DNA from: the human T2T-CHM13v2.0 reference genome, Homo sapiens
Reading direction: 5' to 3' (one strand)
DNA: 64,000 nucleotides
NCBI RefSeq assembly: GCF_009914755.1
Contig: NC_060936.1
This document shows positions 1 to 18,484 of this stretch, one piece after another. The notes below the pieces were generated by a model that worked only from the letters and a program-made list of their open reading frames with translations, had not been told where the DNA came from and ran no database searches. The position numbers and the translations under genes are program-made. Numbering within the stretch: position 1 is the first letter of the stretch; each line of letters opens with the position of its first letter.

Positions 1-333
1 CTCCTTGTCTCCCAACATAGTTTGCCCTAGGCCTTTGGAGGACGCCAGCTATTTCTAGAGCTTCCACCACTTGTCAGACCGTGGGGTTGGGGATGTCTAC
101 AGACTGGTTGGTTTCTGAGTTGCCCTGATCCCCAAGATGGCTCCCACTACTGACTGTTATCCTCAGGAGTGTGAAATGCTAAAAGCTTTGGGCATCTCCT
201 TTTAAAATGCCTGGGCCCAGCCAGGCGCAGTGGCTTACGCCTGTAGTCCCAGCACTTTTGGAGGCCAAGGCAGGAGGATCACTTGAGCTCAGGATTCAAG
301 ACCAGCCTGGGCAATATAGTGAGACCCCATCTT

Positions 334-385
334 GATTGGATGGGTGGTGGATGGATGGATGGATGGATGGATGGATGGATGGATG

Positions 386-420
<35 letters not shown>

Positions 421-590
421 GGAAAGAAAGAAAGAATAGATAAATGATAGGATAGGAGAAAGAAAGGGAAAGAAAGAAAAGAGAAGAGAAAAGAAAGAAA
501 AGGGATAGGATAGATGACAGATGATAGGATAGATTAGATAGGTGATAGATAATCGATAAATAGAAAACAGATGATAGATATAGGATAGAT

Positions 591-630
<40 letters not shown>

Positions 631-663
631 CAGATAATAGATAGATTAGATTAGATGGATGGA
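334..663. repeat. Compound microsatellite (GGAT)n(AGAT)n, purine-rich spacer, (AGAT)n, following an Alu left monomer (218-331)
   Basis: direct reading of tetranucleotide arrays. Confidence 0.92.
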
Positions 664-1740
664 CACCAGCCCCCAATGAGAGGAGGATCCAACTAGAATC
701 TTTTGGGGTCTTTGCCTTTTATTCCTTATATGAGGAGGTCATTATCAGCAATTCTTCAGTCTCATCCCTAGCAAATTGCTTTCCAGAAACTCTAAATCAA
801 TTATTTGGCACCTTTATACATATAAGGAGGAAACAGAACCTTTTCAAAGAGAAATGTCACTTGCTGACCCTGACCGAGTCTTCTCTAGAATGTTTGATTT
901 ATAATTTCAGTTAGGAAAGAAAACCAGCCAGATTTGAGCCCCATGAGGCCTCATGTTTTTATTCCTCTGAGATAATCTGGTTGGCAGGGAATGTTTTTAG
1001 CACTTGTTGGCTCTTTCCCTCAGTAAGTCAAGTTTGATTGAGAAACCATTGTTTCAGTTTGCAGACCCCCCCCTTTTTTTAACTGCAGTCAAATTCACTT
1101 ATAGAAACTAACCATTTTAAGTCGGGCACAGTGGCTCATGCTTGTAATCCCAGCACTTTGGGAGGCTGAGGCAGGTAGATCACTTGAGGCCAGGAGTTGG
1201 AGACCAGCCTAGCCAACATGGTGAAATCCTATCTCTACTAAAGATACAAAAATTAGCCAGGTGTGGTGATGTACACCTGTAGTCCCAGCTACTCAGGAGG
1301 GTGAGGCTGGAGAATCGCTTGAACCCAGGAGGCGGAGATTGCAGTAAGCCAAGATCGTGCCACTGCCCTGCAGCCTGGGCGACAGAGCAAGGCTCTGTCT
1401 CAAATAAATAAATAAATAAGAAAGAAATTAACCATTTTAAAATGAAAAATTCAGCACATTTAGTGCATTCACAGTGTTATGCAAGCATCACCTCTATCTA
1501 GTTCAAAACATTTCCATCACCCCAAAGGGAAGCCTCGTATGTTACACAACCACTCCCCATTCCCCACTTCTCTCACTCCCTGGCAACCCGTAAGTGCTTT
1601 GTCTCTATGGACTTGACTGTTCTGGAAATTTCACATCAATGTAATGGTATCCTGTGTGGCCTTTGTGTCTGGCTTCTTTCACTCAGCATCATGTTTTTGG
1701 GGTTCATCCATGTTGTAGCCTGTATCAGTGCTTTATTCCT

Positions 1741-2126
<386 letters not shown>

Positions 2127-2133
2127 TGACTAG

Positions 2134-2387
<254 letters not shown>

Positions 2388-2678
2388 TGACCTCGTGATC
2401 CGCCCGCCTCAGCCTCCCAAAGTGCTGGGATTACAGGCTTGAGCCACCGCGCCCGACCTGTTTCCACCTTTTGGCTCTTGTGAAAAGTGTTGCTCTGAAT
2501 ATTTATGTACAAGGACTTGTTTGAGTCACTGTTTTCCATTGGGTTATAAACTTTGATGGGAGAGAGCGGGAGAGCACGCGGTCAGTGTTTGAGTTGTCCT
2601 CTTCAGTCAGCGTCTGCCTTTCTTGGCTCTCCGTGAGTCCTCTGAGCGTGGCTTGCCCGTGCTGTCTCCCCTCTGCAG

Positions 2679-2750
2679 GAGGAAAACTCCCTCTTCGTCA
2701 TGACCAACGTGATCCTCACCATGAACCAGACACAGGGCCTGTGCCCCGAG
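2679..2750 (+). CDS. P2RX4: P2X purinoceptor 4, exon 3 (72 nt, EENSLFVMTNVILTMNQTQGLCPE)
   Basis: ctctgcag|GAG acceptor and GAG|gtagga donor; translation matches the P2X4 ectodomain; exons 1-2 lie upstream of the window. Confidence 0.97.
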
Positions 2751-2859
2751 GTAGGAGGCCCCCGGGAAGAGCCCCAGGCCCCACACCCCTCTCCACGCCT
2801 GTCCACCTGTGTGTGGGGCCGGGCCACGTGGACTTTCTTTTCGCTCCTTCTTTTTCCAG

Positions 2860-2932
2860 ATTCCAGATGCGACCACTGTGTGTAAATCAGATGCCAGCTG
2901 TACTGCCGGCTCTGCCGGCACCCACAGCAACG
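2860..2932 (+). CDS. P2RX4: P2RX4 exon 4 (73 nt, IPDATTVCKSDASCTAGSAGTHSNG)
   Basis: tttttccag|ATT and ACG|gtacga; Cys-rich head domain, in frame with exon 3. Confidence 0.97.
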
Positions 2933-3031
2933 GTACGAGCTTGTGGCCTCCTGGGGAGGGCGGCCCCTGAGCAGATCGCCCCCACTGTGGAGCGTCTCTG
3001 ATAGAGAAATCTTCCCAATTCCTTCACATGA

Positions 3032-3568
<537 letters not shown>

Positions 3569-3712
3569 TGACACTGTCTAAATCCCAGATTTGCACAGCT
3601 CAAGACTGGCTGCATGGGAGGCTGGATGGGGCTCTCACTCCCTACTCCAAAAAGGTAGAAAATAGGAGACCCCTGTGGACATGGGACCCCCCTGCCACCC
3701 TTGTGCTTGTAG

Positions 3713-3809
3713 GAGTCTCAACAGGCAGGTGCGTAGCTTTCAACGGGTCTGTCAAGACGTGTGAGGTGGCGGCCTGGTGCCCGGTGGAGGATGACACACA
3801 CGTGCCACA
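3713..3809 (+). CDS. P2RX4: P2RX4 exon 5 (97 nt, [31 protein letters not shown])
   Basis: ttgtag|GAG and ACA|gtgagt; P2X TGRC and WCP motifs. Confidence 0.97.
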
Positions 3810-5168
3810 GTGAGTCCAGCCCTAGGGAAGGAAGTGCCTTTTTGTTTTGTTTTGTTTTAGACACAGTTTCACTCTGTATCCCAGGTTGGAGTGCAGTGGT
3901 GCGATCTTGGCTCACCACAACCTCCACCTCCCGTGTTCAAGTGATTTTCTGTGCCTCAGCCTCCCGAGTAGCTGAGATTATAGGCACCCACCACCACGCC
4001 CAACTAATTTTTTGTATTTTTAGTAGAGACGGGGTTTTGCCATGTTGGCCACGCTGGTCTCCAACTCCTGACCTCAAGTGATCCACCTGCCTTGGCCTCC
4101 CAAAGTGCTAGGATTACAGGCGGGAGCCACCACACCCAGCCAGAAGCCACCACACCCAGCCGGAAGCACCTTCAACTCTGCGTGTCAGCCTTGAACAGAG
4201 GTGGTCAAGGAGTTACACCTGTGTGTTGTGGCTTTTTGTGTGTTTCTGGTGTCTGTATGAAGTCAGGCTGCCCTAGGATGGCTGCTCTCAACCACAAGGC
4301 AGCGACCATCAGTGGCAAGATGGGCCACAAGTAGTCTGTCACTCACGAGAAGGGTGCAGGTGACTGACTTCCTTGTATGTTAGGACTCTGTCAGTTGCAA
4401 ATAACTGACAGGAAACAGTTCTCAGTGCCTTAAGCACATGTGCACAAACACATACACACATACACATGCGTGCACAGCGGGGGGGCAGTGTATTGTCCGG
4501 CTGACCAAAAAGATCCAGCGTGGCCAGGAGAATCTCGTGCCAGGCTGAGGCAGAAGAATCTCTTGAACCTGGGAGGAGGAGGTTGCTGAGCTGAGATGGT
4601 GCCACTGCACTCCCTCCTGGGCGACAGAGGCCACTGCACTCCTGCCTGGGCGACAGAGTGAGAGACAAAGGACAACACCCTAGTCTCCCTTCCTGGCTCT
4701 GCATCCCGCCGTGCCAGCTTCACTCGCAGGACCCACAGCATAGCCCGGGAGGCAGCGCTGCACTTACAGCCCCCCAAGTCTGAGTCTCCCTTTCCAGCTG
4801 TCCCTGGAGATTCTAGACCTGTCCATCATCGTATCAATGGCCATATCTCTCAACCCATCTCTGTGGCTGGGGAATGGGTTTTGCTTATCAGCTTGGGCCT
4901 GGGTCACATGCCCACCTCTGCAGCTGGGGCTAGAGTCAGACCCACCCAAGTGACATAGGCAAGCATTGGGGAGATATGGCTTCCAAAGGACATTTGGGGT
5001 TCTGTTACCAGAAAAGCTGGGAGCAGATGCTGGGAAGAAAACAACGGATGTTTGCTACAGTGTATTTTAAACTAAACTAGACAGGTTCATCCTGGCGCGG
5101 TGGCTCATGCTGTAATCCTAACACTTTGGGAGGCTGAGGCAGTCGGATCATCTGAGGCCAGGAGTTCA

Positions 5169-5415
<247 letters not shown>

Positions 5416-5721
5416 CTAAACTAGCCAGGTTCAAGGTTGCTCTAGAATAACATTCTTCGTGGTTGTAATTGGCTGTGCTTCATGGGGTGGAGTCCGGGCA
5501 GCGCTCTGAGAAGTGCGTGCAGCCTAGGGCCTTTCTCACCGAGAGCTCAGACCGAGGTCTCCATGAGCCCCGGGGAGCAGGAAGCCACTGAACCTCATCC
5601 TGGGTGTGTTGAGACAGAAGGAAAGGCTGAGAACTGCAGATTTAGAGATTGCTAAGGCAAAGGAAGGAGATAGAAAAAGAAAAGGAATCCTAGCATCTTA
5701 GAGCTGGAGAGGATCTCACAG

Positions 5722-6966
<1,245 letters not shown>

Positions 6967-6999
6967 TTGCAGATCTAATGCGGTGTAAAATGATTTTTA

Positions 7000-7422
<423 letters not shown>

Positions 7423-8800
7423 TTATGTGAATTTCATCTCAATTTCTCTAAAAAGGTGAGTTGATCTTAAAGTATTACATGTGAGGTACACAGGTGTGTG
7501 TGTGGGTGTTACGGTACAGGAAATGACAAAAACTTGAACACCCCTGTTGTAAGCCATCCCTCTTGAGGGAGTGGGGACTTTGAAGACCTGAGAGAAGTCC
7601 AGGCACAGTGGCCCATGCCTGTAATCCCAGCACTTTGGGAGACCGAGGTGGGTGGATCATCTGAGGTCAGGAGTTTGAGACCAGCCTGACCAACATGGTG
7701 AAACCCCATCTCTACTAAAAATATGAAAAAATTAGCCAGGCGTGGTGGTGCACGCCTGTAACCCCAGCTACTCGGGAGGCTGAGGCAGGAGAATCACTTG
7801 AACCCAGAGGTTGCAGTGAGCCGAGATCGCGGCATTGCACTCCAGCCTGAGCAACAGGAGCAAGACTCCATCTCAAAAAAAAAAAAAACCTGAGAGAAGC
7901 CCCTTGGTCCCAGCCTTTCTCTGACAGCAGTGGTGACAGGCTCAGCTCTCCTCCGAGTGCAGCCCTGTCACTGACCTTGCTCCTGTCTCAGGGCTGGGAA
8001 GACTGTTGATGTTGTCATTCCAAAGATCCCACCTGGATCAGGGGAACATCCCCCACAGAAGGGTTAGCCATACAGTGCCAGATTCTCCAGGAGAAATTCA
8101 CCAAAGAAATGGAGTCCCCTTGGGGACAGATTCAACTTGTATTGTCAGCCAGGAGCTGACGTGGCACTTCTGAGAAGAGGCCGGCGCACCTGCTGGCGGG
8201 TGCTTTGTGCACTTTTCAGACAGGTCAGGATCCAGCCTGTAGGCAAATTTACTTTTGCTTTGACCTGTAAAACCGGATCTGCCCAGCCTTCATTCTCTCC
8301 CTGGAGAACGCCTGCGGCCCCAAAGCCAGGCCTACTGATTTCCAGTGAGGCCACAAATCCCCTCCCTGGTTAGCAATTCAGTTTTCACCGCCTTGGGGGA
8401 GAGGGCCTGCCCTTCCTTGAGGGGAAGAACCTGGAAGGCTCGGCTCAGTGTCTTCTCTTGGAAGAGAAGAGTGTGCATGCAGAAGGGTGTAGAAAATGCT
8501 AGACGTGTTTCATCTTCTTGACAAAATGACATTGTAAGATGTGTGTATATGTTTTTAAAAATATTACATAGGGGCTGAACATGGTGGCCCACTCCTGTAG
8601 TCCAGCACAGGGAGGCGGAGGTAGGAAGATTGCTTGAGGTCAGGAGTTCAAGACCAGCCTGGGCAATGTAGGAAGACTTCATGTCTACAAAAAAAAAAAA
8701 AAAAAATTTCATTAGCCAGGCATGGTGATGCATGCCTATAGTTCCAGCTACTTGAGAGGCTGAGGTGGGAGAACCCCCTGAGCCTGGGAGGTCGAGGCTA

Positions 8801-9632
<832 letters not shown>

Positions 9633-9728
9633 GTGGGTGCGGGCCCTGGCTCTCCTGACCCAGCCCTGGAGGCGTCTCGTGCCAGGTGCTGAGGAAAGCC
9701 TTGCCGTGTCTCTGCTGCTCATCCCCAG

Positions 9729-9865
9729 GGAGGCATCATGGGCATCCAGGTCAACTGGGACTGCAACCTGGACAGAGCCGCCTCCCTCTGCTTGCCCAGG
9801 TACTCCTTCCGCCGCCTCGATACACGGGACGTTGAGCACAACGTATCTCCTGGCTACAATTTCAG
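9729..9865 (+). CDS. P2RX4: P2RX4 exon 8 (137 nt, GGIMGIQVNWDCNLDRAASLCLPRYSFRRLDTRDVEHNVSPGYNF)
   Basis: ccccag|GGA and CAG|gtgggc; P2X signature GGxxGxxxxWxCxLD...CxPxYxFxRLD; the NFR motif spans the exon 8/9 junction. Confidence 0.97.
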
Positions 9866-10359
9866 GTGGGCGTGAGCTTGGGCCCCTCGCTCATGTTGTA
9901 GGGGGTGCTGGTGGCTGCGTACGTGCCAGTGGGCCGCCCACTGAAGACCAGCACTCAGGCAGCACCCCAAGGGCAGGCTGCCGGTCCCCCGTCCAAGGCG
10001 GCGGGAAGGCCATGCTGGGAAAATGCCCTTAGTGGTGTCCTGCTCCGGGGCCATCCCGGCCCCCGAGACCCCTCCTTGCCCTTTCCTGCCGCAAGAAACA
10101 TGTTGAGATGGTTCTTAGAGCAGCCAGGAGAAGCTGGGGGCTTAAGCTTTCCAGCACCTGCCTCAGCCATGACCTCCATTCACTGCCTCAAGGAGCGGAT
10201 GATCTTGTGATCCTCCAGTCCAAAGGCCTCTGGGGCCTGGCCCAGGAATTGGTTTCTCAAAGGTTGAACCTGTGCCAGAATCTCCAGAGTGCAGGGGACA
10301 CAGGTCTGAGGCCCCTGAAAGGCCTTGCTGGGTTCCCTGCTGCAAATGCTGGCATCTCG

Positions 10360-10794
10360 GTGTCCTGGGGCAGATGTAAGCGAGTCCCACAAACAGTGGC
10401 TTGCAACTACAGGACTTGATTCTCTCACAGTTCTCACAGTTCTAGAGGCCACAACCTAAAATCCAGGCATCAGCAGGGCTGTGCTCGCTCTGAAGGCTCT
10501 GGAGAGAGTCCTTACTTGTCTCTCCTGGCTTCTGGTAGCCCACGGTGTTCCTTGGCTTGTGGATGCATCACTCCAGTCTCTGCCTCTCCTGTCATGAGGC
10601 CTTCTGCCTTGTATGTGTCTCTGTGTCTTTTCTTCTTGTAAGGATATCAGTCACTGAATTTAGGGCCCACCCTACTCTAGTATGACCTCATCTTAACAAA
10701 TTACGTCTGCCAATATCCCATTTCCAAATAAGGTCACACTCCCAAGCTTCAGGTAGATGTGAATTTTTGGGGACACACTGTTCAACCCACTACA
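10360..10794 (-). mobile_element. MaLR LTR (MLT1B/C-like)
   Basis: tctcacagttctagaggc, gggcccaccctactctagtatgacctcatcttaa and ...aacccactaca terminus. Confidence 0.75.
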
Positions 10795-10905
10795 GCTGAT
10801 GATCTCATGATCAGAATCTATAGCCAGGTAAATTTCCACGTACCCTTTGTTGCATTTTTCACAGTCCTTAAAAAGGAAGCGCTCCAGGCCGGGCGCAGTG
10901 ACTCA

Positions 10906-11225
<320 letters not shown>

Positions 11226-11732
11226 CTAGTGGTGACGTGTGGAATCCGATCCATACGGGATCCTAAGACCTCTGTAATTGTGGGATCTGCTGTCCTTTTG
11301 AACCTTCTGGCTCACTGAGTAAAGCAGATATTTGAATTTTTCTTTTCTAGCAGTTAGATTTGTGTTATTCCATCTCTACTGTCACACACTTCTTGTGGAA
11401 ACCTCAAGCTTAGGTCAGAGCCCTAAAACGGAAAGAACTCAGGACGCCTATCCCCCAACCTCGGGCAGCACCAGGCCCTGCCTGTGTCTCCCAGGCCTGG
11501 CCCATGGCGTGGAAGTTGTGGGCCAGATAGAGCATGGAGCTAGGGTGCGGGCCGAGGCTCCTGATGGATCCCTGGAGAACATGGGGCAGCAGATGGTATG
11601 TCTTGACGGTTCTTCACCAACCATCCATCCCCTGCTCATGCGTGTGCGCTCTCTCGCGTGCTCGCTCTCTCTCTCTCTCATATATGTATATGTATATATG
11701 TGTATATATATATATAGCCATTATATATATAG

Positions 11733-12076
<344 letters not shown>

Positions 12077-13179
12077 TGAGATGCAATTCACATGCCATAC
12101 CGTTCACACATTTGAAGTGCAGAATTCATAGTTTTCACTATATTCACAGATAAGTGCAGGCTTCACCACAGTCGATTTTAGAACATTTCCGTCATCTCAA
12201 AAAGAAACCCTGCACCCTTCTGTCATCCCCCGGCCCCTGGCAACAGTGGTCTACTTTCTGTCTCTGCAGATGTGCCTCTTCTGAGCATTTCATATAATCA
12301 ATATGTGGCCTTTTGCGTCTGGCTCCTTCCCCTTAGCCTGATGTTTTCAAGCTTCATCCATGTCGTAGCCTGTGTCAGTACCTCGTCTCTTTTTATGGCC
12401 AAATCATATTCTGCTGTGTTGACAGACGACGTTTTGTTCATCTCTTTATCTGTGTGACGAACGAGTGGTTCTTTTTGTTGTTGTTGTTGTTGTTGAAGAC
12501 TGTGTGCACAGAATCAATGTTTCTTTGAAAAAATAAATAAATTTAAAAAGCCCTAGGTCAAGAGATTGAGACCATCATGGCCAACTTGGTGAAACCCCGT
12601 CTCTACTAAAAAATCCAAAAATTAGCTGGGCATGGTGGTGTGCGCCTGTAGTCCCAGCTACTCGGGAGGCTGAGGCAGAAGAATTGCTTGAACTGGGGAG
12701 GTGGAGGTTGCAGTGAGCCAAGATTGGTGCCCCTACACTCCAGCCTGGCAACAGAGGGAGACTCCATCTCAAAAAAAAAAAAAAAAAAAGTCCCTGCACT
12801 GATGCTGTGTTGGGGCTGGCTTAGTCCCCTCCTGCAATGCTGGCTGGTCACATTCTTACTGTTAGATGTTGGAGGTCAGGGTCCCTTGAGGGAGGCAGGC
12901 AGGATGTACCAGGTGGGATGTTGAGAGCAAACTGTTCAGGTTCAGGAGAGGACACTGGTGCTGGAGGAGGAGGTCTCCCTGTGCCCCTGTACCTCGTGGG
13001 CCCCGCATCCTCCTGCTTGCACAGCCCGCCTCAGCCAGGAGAGGCCCCGAGCCGCTCCAGCGTCCATTCAGCCGGCAGAGTGGACCATTCACCTGTGCCA
13101 GCTCCACTCTAACGTTCTCTCACAGGGCCCAAGGTCCTGCCCCAGCCATCTCCCCCTGATCCATCCTCCTTCCCCTCAG

Positions 13180-13273
13180 GTTTGCCAAGTACTACAGAGA
13201 CCTGGCTGGCAACGAGCAGCGCACGCTCATCAAGGCCTATGGCATCCGCTTCGACATCATTGTGTTTGGGAAG
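13180..13273 (+). CDS. P2RX4: P2RX4 exon 9 (94 nt, FAKYYRDLAGNEQRTLIKAYGIRFDIIVFGK)
   Basis: cccctcag|GTT and AAG|gtagct; RTLIKAYGIRFD motif; Tyr315 TAT at 13238-13240. Confidence 0.97.
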
Positions 13274-13376
13274 GTAGCTCGCCGCCACTGGCTCCCCTCC
13301 GTCACTCCCTGCAGGGACAAGGGGCCTCTCCCTGCCCCTGCAGAAACACTTTTTTTCTTTTTCGGTGTCTTGGCAG

Positions 13377-13442
13377 GCAGGGAAATTTGACATCATCCCC
13401 ACTATGATCAACATCGGCTCTGGCCTGGCACTGCTAGGCATG
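13377..13442 (+). CDS. P2RX4: P2RX4 exon 10 (66 nt, AGKFDIIPTMINIGSGLALLGM; start of TM2)
   Basis: ttggcag|GCA and ATG|gtgagt. Confidence 0.97.
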
Positions 13443-13762
13443 GTGAGTGGTTTAGGCCCTGCCTTCACCCTCACGGTGAGGTGAGACCCTGGGCTGGGGT
13501 CCTGGTCCTGGCCCTAGGCCCTAGACCTCAGATGTGTTTCTAAACTTGACCCTCCTACCTTCTTTCCCTTGGCCCCCAGCCCTCCTCCCACCTTCCCTTC
13601 TCCAAGACCACCCCCCTCAGGTCCCAGCCTTCTCCCAAGAGATGGGAGTGCCTTTCCATTCCGGTAAAGATTCCAGGCTTCTCAGGAAGGGGCACGCAAA
13701 GAATAAGATGGGTTGATGGGTTGCAAGCATCCTGGCTCACTCTCACCCTATGCTAAACTCAG

Positions 13763-13858
13763 GCGACCGTGCTGTGTGACATCATAGTCCTCTACTGCAT
13801 GAAGAAAAGACTCTACTATCGGGAGAAGAAATATAAATATGTGGAAGATTACGAGCAG
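13763..13858 (+). CDS. P2RX4: P2RX4 exon 11 (96 nt, ATVLCDIIVLYCMKKRLYYREKKYKYVEDYEQ)
   Basis: actcag|GCG and CAG|gtaggc; end of TM2 and the YxxxK motif. Confidence 0.97.
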
Positions 13859-14288
13859 GTAGGCCCCTCCTGGCCCCCAGCAGGCACAGGCCTCTCATCT
13901 CTTGGGTGTGGGAGCCCTGGGCGTGGGCCTGTCTGGGGAGGCCCTTCTGCAGAGGCTGGCACCAGTGTGGCGTGGTGTCCCCGTTAACCCGGGCAGTCCT
14001 GCCACTCTCAGCAGCTGCTCCATCCCTAGGCCCCTGTACTAGATTGACTCTTTAAACCCAGCCTCGTTTCAATGAGCGACATCTCAGGTTGGTGATGATA
14101 ATGCATGCTCTGAGAATGCCTGTGGGCACACACTACTTCAGTGCACCTTGCGGAACAGGAAGGGTTGGGTTCCAGGCCTGGGACCAACTTGAGAACCCCT
14201 GGCGGTGAAGTCCCAGGAGCGCACCTCCCTCCCGCCTGCCACAAGGGGTCCCAGGGGCACCTTGATCTGCTTGTGTCCTTCTTTGCAG

Positions 14289-14315
14289 GGTCTTGCTAGT
14301 GAGCTGGACCAGTGA
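14289..14315 (+). CDS. P2RX4: P2RX4 exon 12 coding part (GLASELDQ*)
   Basis: ctttgcag|GGT...CAG TGA; completes the YEQGL endocytic/lysosomal motif of the 388-aa protein. Confidence 0.97.
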   Translation, partial: GLASELDQ

Positions 14316-14851
14316 GGCCTACCCCACACCTGGGCTCTCCACAGCCCCATCAAAGAACAGAGAGGAGGAGGAGGGAGAAATGGCCACCACATCACCCCAG
14401 AGAAATTTCTGGAATCTGATTGAGTCTCCACTCCACAAGCACTCAGGGTTCCCCAGCAGCTCCTGTGTGTTGTGTGCAGGATCTGTTTGCCCACTCGGCC
14501 CAGGAGGTCAGCAGTCTGTTCTTGGCTGGGTCAACTCTGCTTTTCCCGCAACCTGGGGTTGTCGGGGGAGCGCTGGCCCGACGCAGTGGCACTGCTGTGG
14601 CTTTCAGGGCTGGAGCTGGCTTTGCTCAGAAGCCTCCTGTCTCCAGCTCTCTCCAGGACAGGCCCAGTCCTCTGAGGCACGGCGGCTCTGTTCAAGCACT
14701 TTATGCGGCAGGGGAGGCCGCCTGGCTGCAGTCACTAGACTTGTAGCAGGCCTGGGCTGCAGGCTTCCCCCCGACCATTCCCTGCAGCCATGCGGCAGAG
14801 CTGGCATTTCTCCTCAGAGAAGCGCTGTGCTAAGGTGATCGAGGACCAGAC

Positions 14852-14857
14852 ATTAAA
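14852..14857 (+). terminator. P2RX4: P2RX4 polyadenylation signal ATTAAA (3' UTR about 14316-14875)
   Basis: ATTAAA followed by U/GU-rich tgattttctt...tgtctgttgtct. Confidence 0.8.
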
Positions 14858-14903
14858 GCGTGATTTTCTTAATCCCTGTCTGTTGTCTCATAGCATGTGC
14901 TAG

Positions 14904-15266
<363 letters not shown>

Positions 15267-15296
15267 TGATCCATCTGCCTTAGCCTCTCAAAGTGA

Positions 15297-15482
<186 letters not shown>

Positions 15483-15506
15483 TAAAGCCTAATAATTTGT
15501 CATTAG

Positions 15507-16282
<776 letters not shown>

Positions 16283-16404
16283 TAAAAAAAAATGCTTGTT
16301 GCCTGTAATCCCAGGACTTTGGGAGGCCAAGGTGGATCACTTAAGCGTAGGCATTCAAGACCAGCCCAGTCAACATGGTGAGACCCTATCTCTACAAAAA
16401 ATTA

Positions 16405-16575
<171 letters not shown>

Positions 16576-16617
16576 TTAGGCACATGGGTCAAATGAAGCT
16601 GGAATGTTTAGGAATGG

Positions 16618-17012
16618 TGATATGGGCTGAATGTGTCTACCAAAATTCACATTTTGGAAACTTCATCCCCAAGGCAACCTTATTGGGAGGTGAAGCCTTG
16701 GGGAGGTGACTGAGTCAGGATTGCGCTGCCCTCATGAATGGGGTTGGTGCCCTATACGAGGGCTAGAGAGGGAGCTCATCCCCCGTCTGCCTTGCCACTG
16801 TCTGCCACGCGAGGACAAGTGTTCCTCCCTCCAAAGGATGCGGCACCAAGGCACCCTCTTGGAAGCAGAGAGCAGCCCTCACCAGATACCAAACCTGCCA
16901 GCACCTTGATCTTGAACTTCCTGGCCTCCAGAAATGTGAGAAATCAATTATTGTTCTTTATAAATTACCCAGTCTTAGGTCCCTGTAACAGCAGCACAAA
17001 ACAGACTTAAGG
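16618..17012 (+). mobile_element. MaLR LTR (MST/MLT1A-like) between the two 3' ends
   Basis: tgatatgggctgaatgtgt start, gccagcaccttgatcttgaacttcctggcctccagaa and gcagcacaaaacagact end. Confidence 0.75.
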
Positions 17013-18114
17013 GCAATGGGTGTGTTTATGATCTTGCTCGTCAAGGAGTGATGGTCACTGGCTGTCTTCCGAAGTGGGGGAGATGCTGTTTAGCCTCTTT
17101 TCTAAAACAAATGTGAAAGCAAGCCAGTGTTGGGGTGAGGGGCGGGTGTGTTTCTAGATGCCATGAACACCAGCAGGAGGCTGGGTGTGGTGATGCGCGC
17201 CTGTCATCCCAGCACTTTGGGAGGCTGAGGCAGGAGGATTACTTGGTCCAAGAGTTTGAGACCAGCCTGGGCAACAGGTAGTGAGACCTCATCCCTACAA
17301 ATAATTTAAAAATTAGCCAGGCATGGTGGTGCACATCTGTAGTCCCAGCAACTCGGGAGGCTGAGGTGGGAGGACTGCTTGAGTCCAGGAGTTTGAGACC
17401 AGGCCTGGGTAATATAGTGAGATTCTGTCTCTATAAAAAATTTAAGAATTATCTGGGTGTGGGGGCTGGTGTGGTGGTGGGCCCCTGTGGTCCCAGCTAC
17501 TTTGGAACCCAAAGTGGATGGATCACTTAAGCCTGAGAGGTGGAGATTGCAGTGAGCCGAGACTGCCACTGCACTCCAGGCTGGGTGACAGAACGAGACC
17601 CTGTCTCAAAAAAGAAAACCAGAAGGGTTTTGCTGGCAAATTCTAACCCTTGGACAACTGACTTAACTTTCTGGAGCCTCACCTCACAGACGATGATCCA
17701 TAAAACGAGGTTAATCCCTACCTCGTGGGGTAAAGTGTCATGTGGCATACCAGGCCATAGTTCAGTGTGACTGAGACTGCTCGGGGGCTGCCCACCTGTC
17801 TGGCCTCCACCAGAATCTTGCAATTACCTGCCTGCGAAAGCAGTGCTGCTCAAACTTCAGCACACGGACGAGTCACCTGGGGAGCAGGTTTAAGCCAAGC
17901 CTGGGTATCTGCATTTATTTTTTTCTTTTAATTTTTGAAACAGGGTCTCGCCCTGTTGCCCAGGCTGGTGTGCAGTGGCATGATCACAGCTCACTGCAGC
18001 CTTGACCTCCAGGGTTCACGTAATCCCCCCACCTCAGCCTCCTGAGTAGCTGTGGGACCATAGGCATGCACCACCACACTCAATTAATTTTTTAATTTTT
18101 TTTTTTTTTTTTAA

Positions 18115-18291
<177 letters not shown>

Positions 18292-18478
18292 TGAGTAGCA
18301 AGGTCCTAGGACATGCTCTAAATTAGAGATTTGCTGAATACATTAGCCTTGACTTGGGCATCTGACCTCGCTGTCAGCCTGAGGAAGGAATACAGACATC
18401 AGGGCAGGCGGCCTAAATAAACAATCACCAATACAAACCTCCCCAAGAGGCCCAGGCTTGGCACCATTTTGCTGTCTG

Positions 18479-18484
18479 TTTATT
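18479..18484 (-). terminator. CAMKK2: CAMKK2 distal polyadenylation signal AATAAA (3' UTR about 18460-21464)
   Basis: plus-strand tttatt; on the minus strand TGTA lies just upstream and GU-rich gtttgtattggtgattgttt lies downstream; ends a repeat-poor 3-kb segment. Confidence 0.8.
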
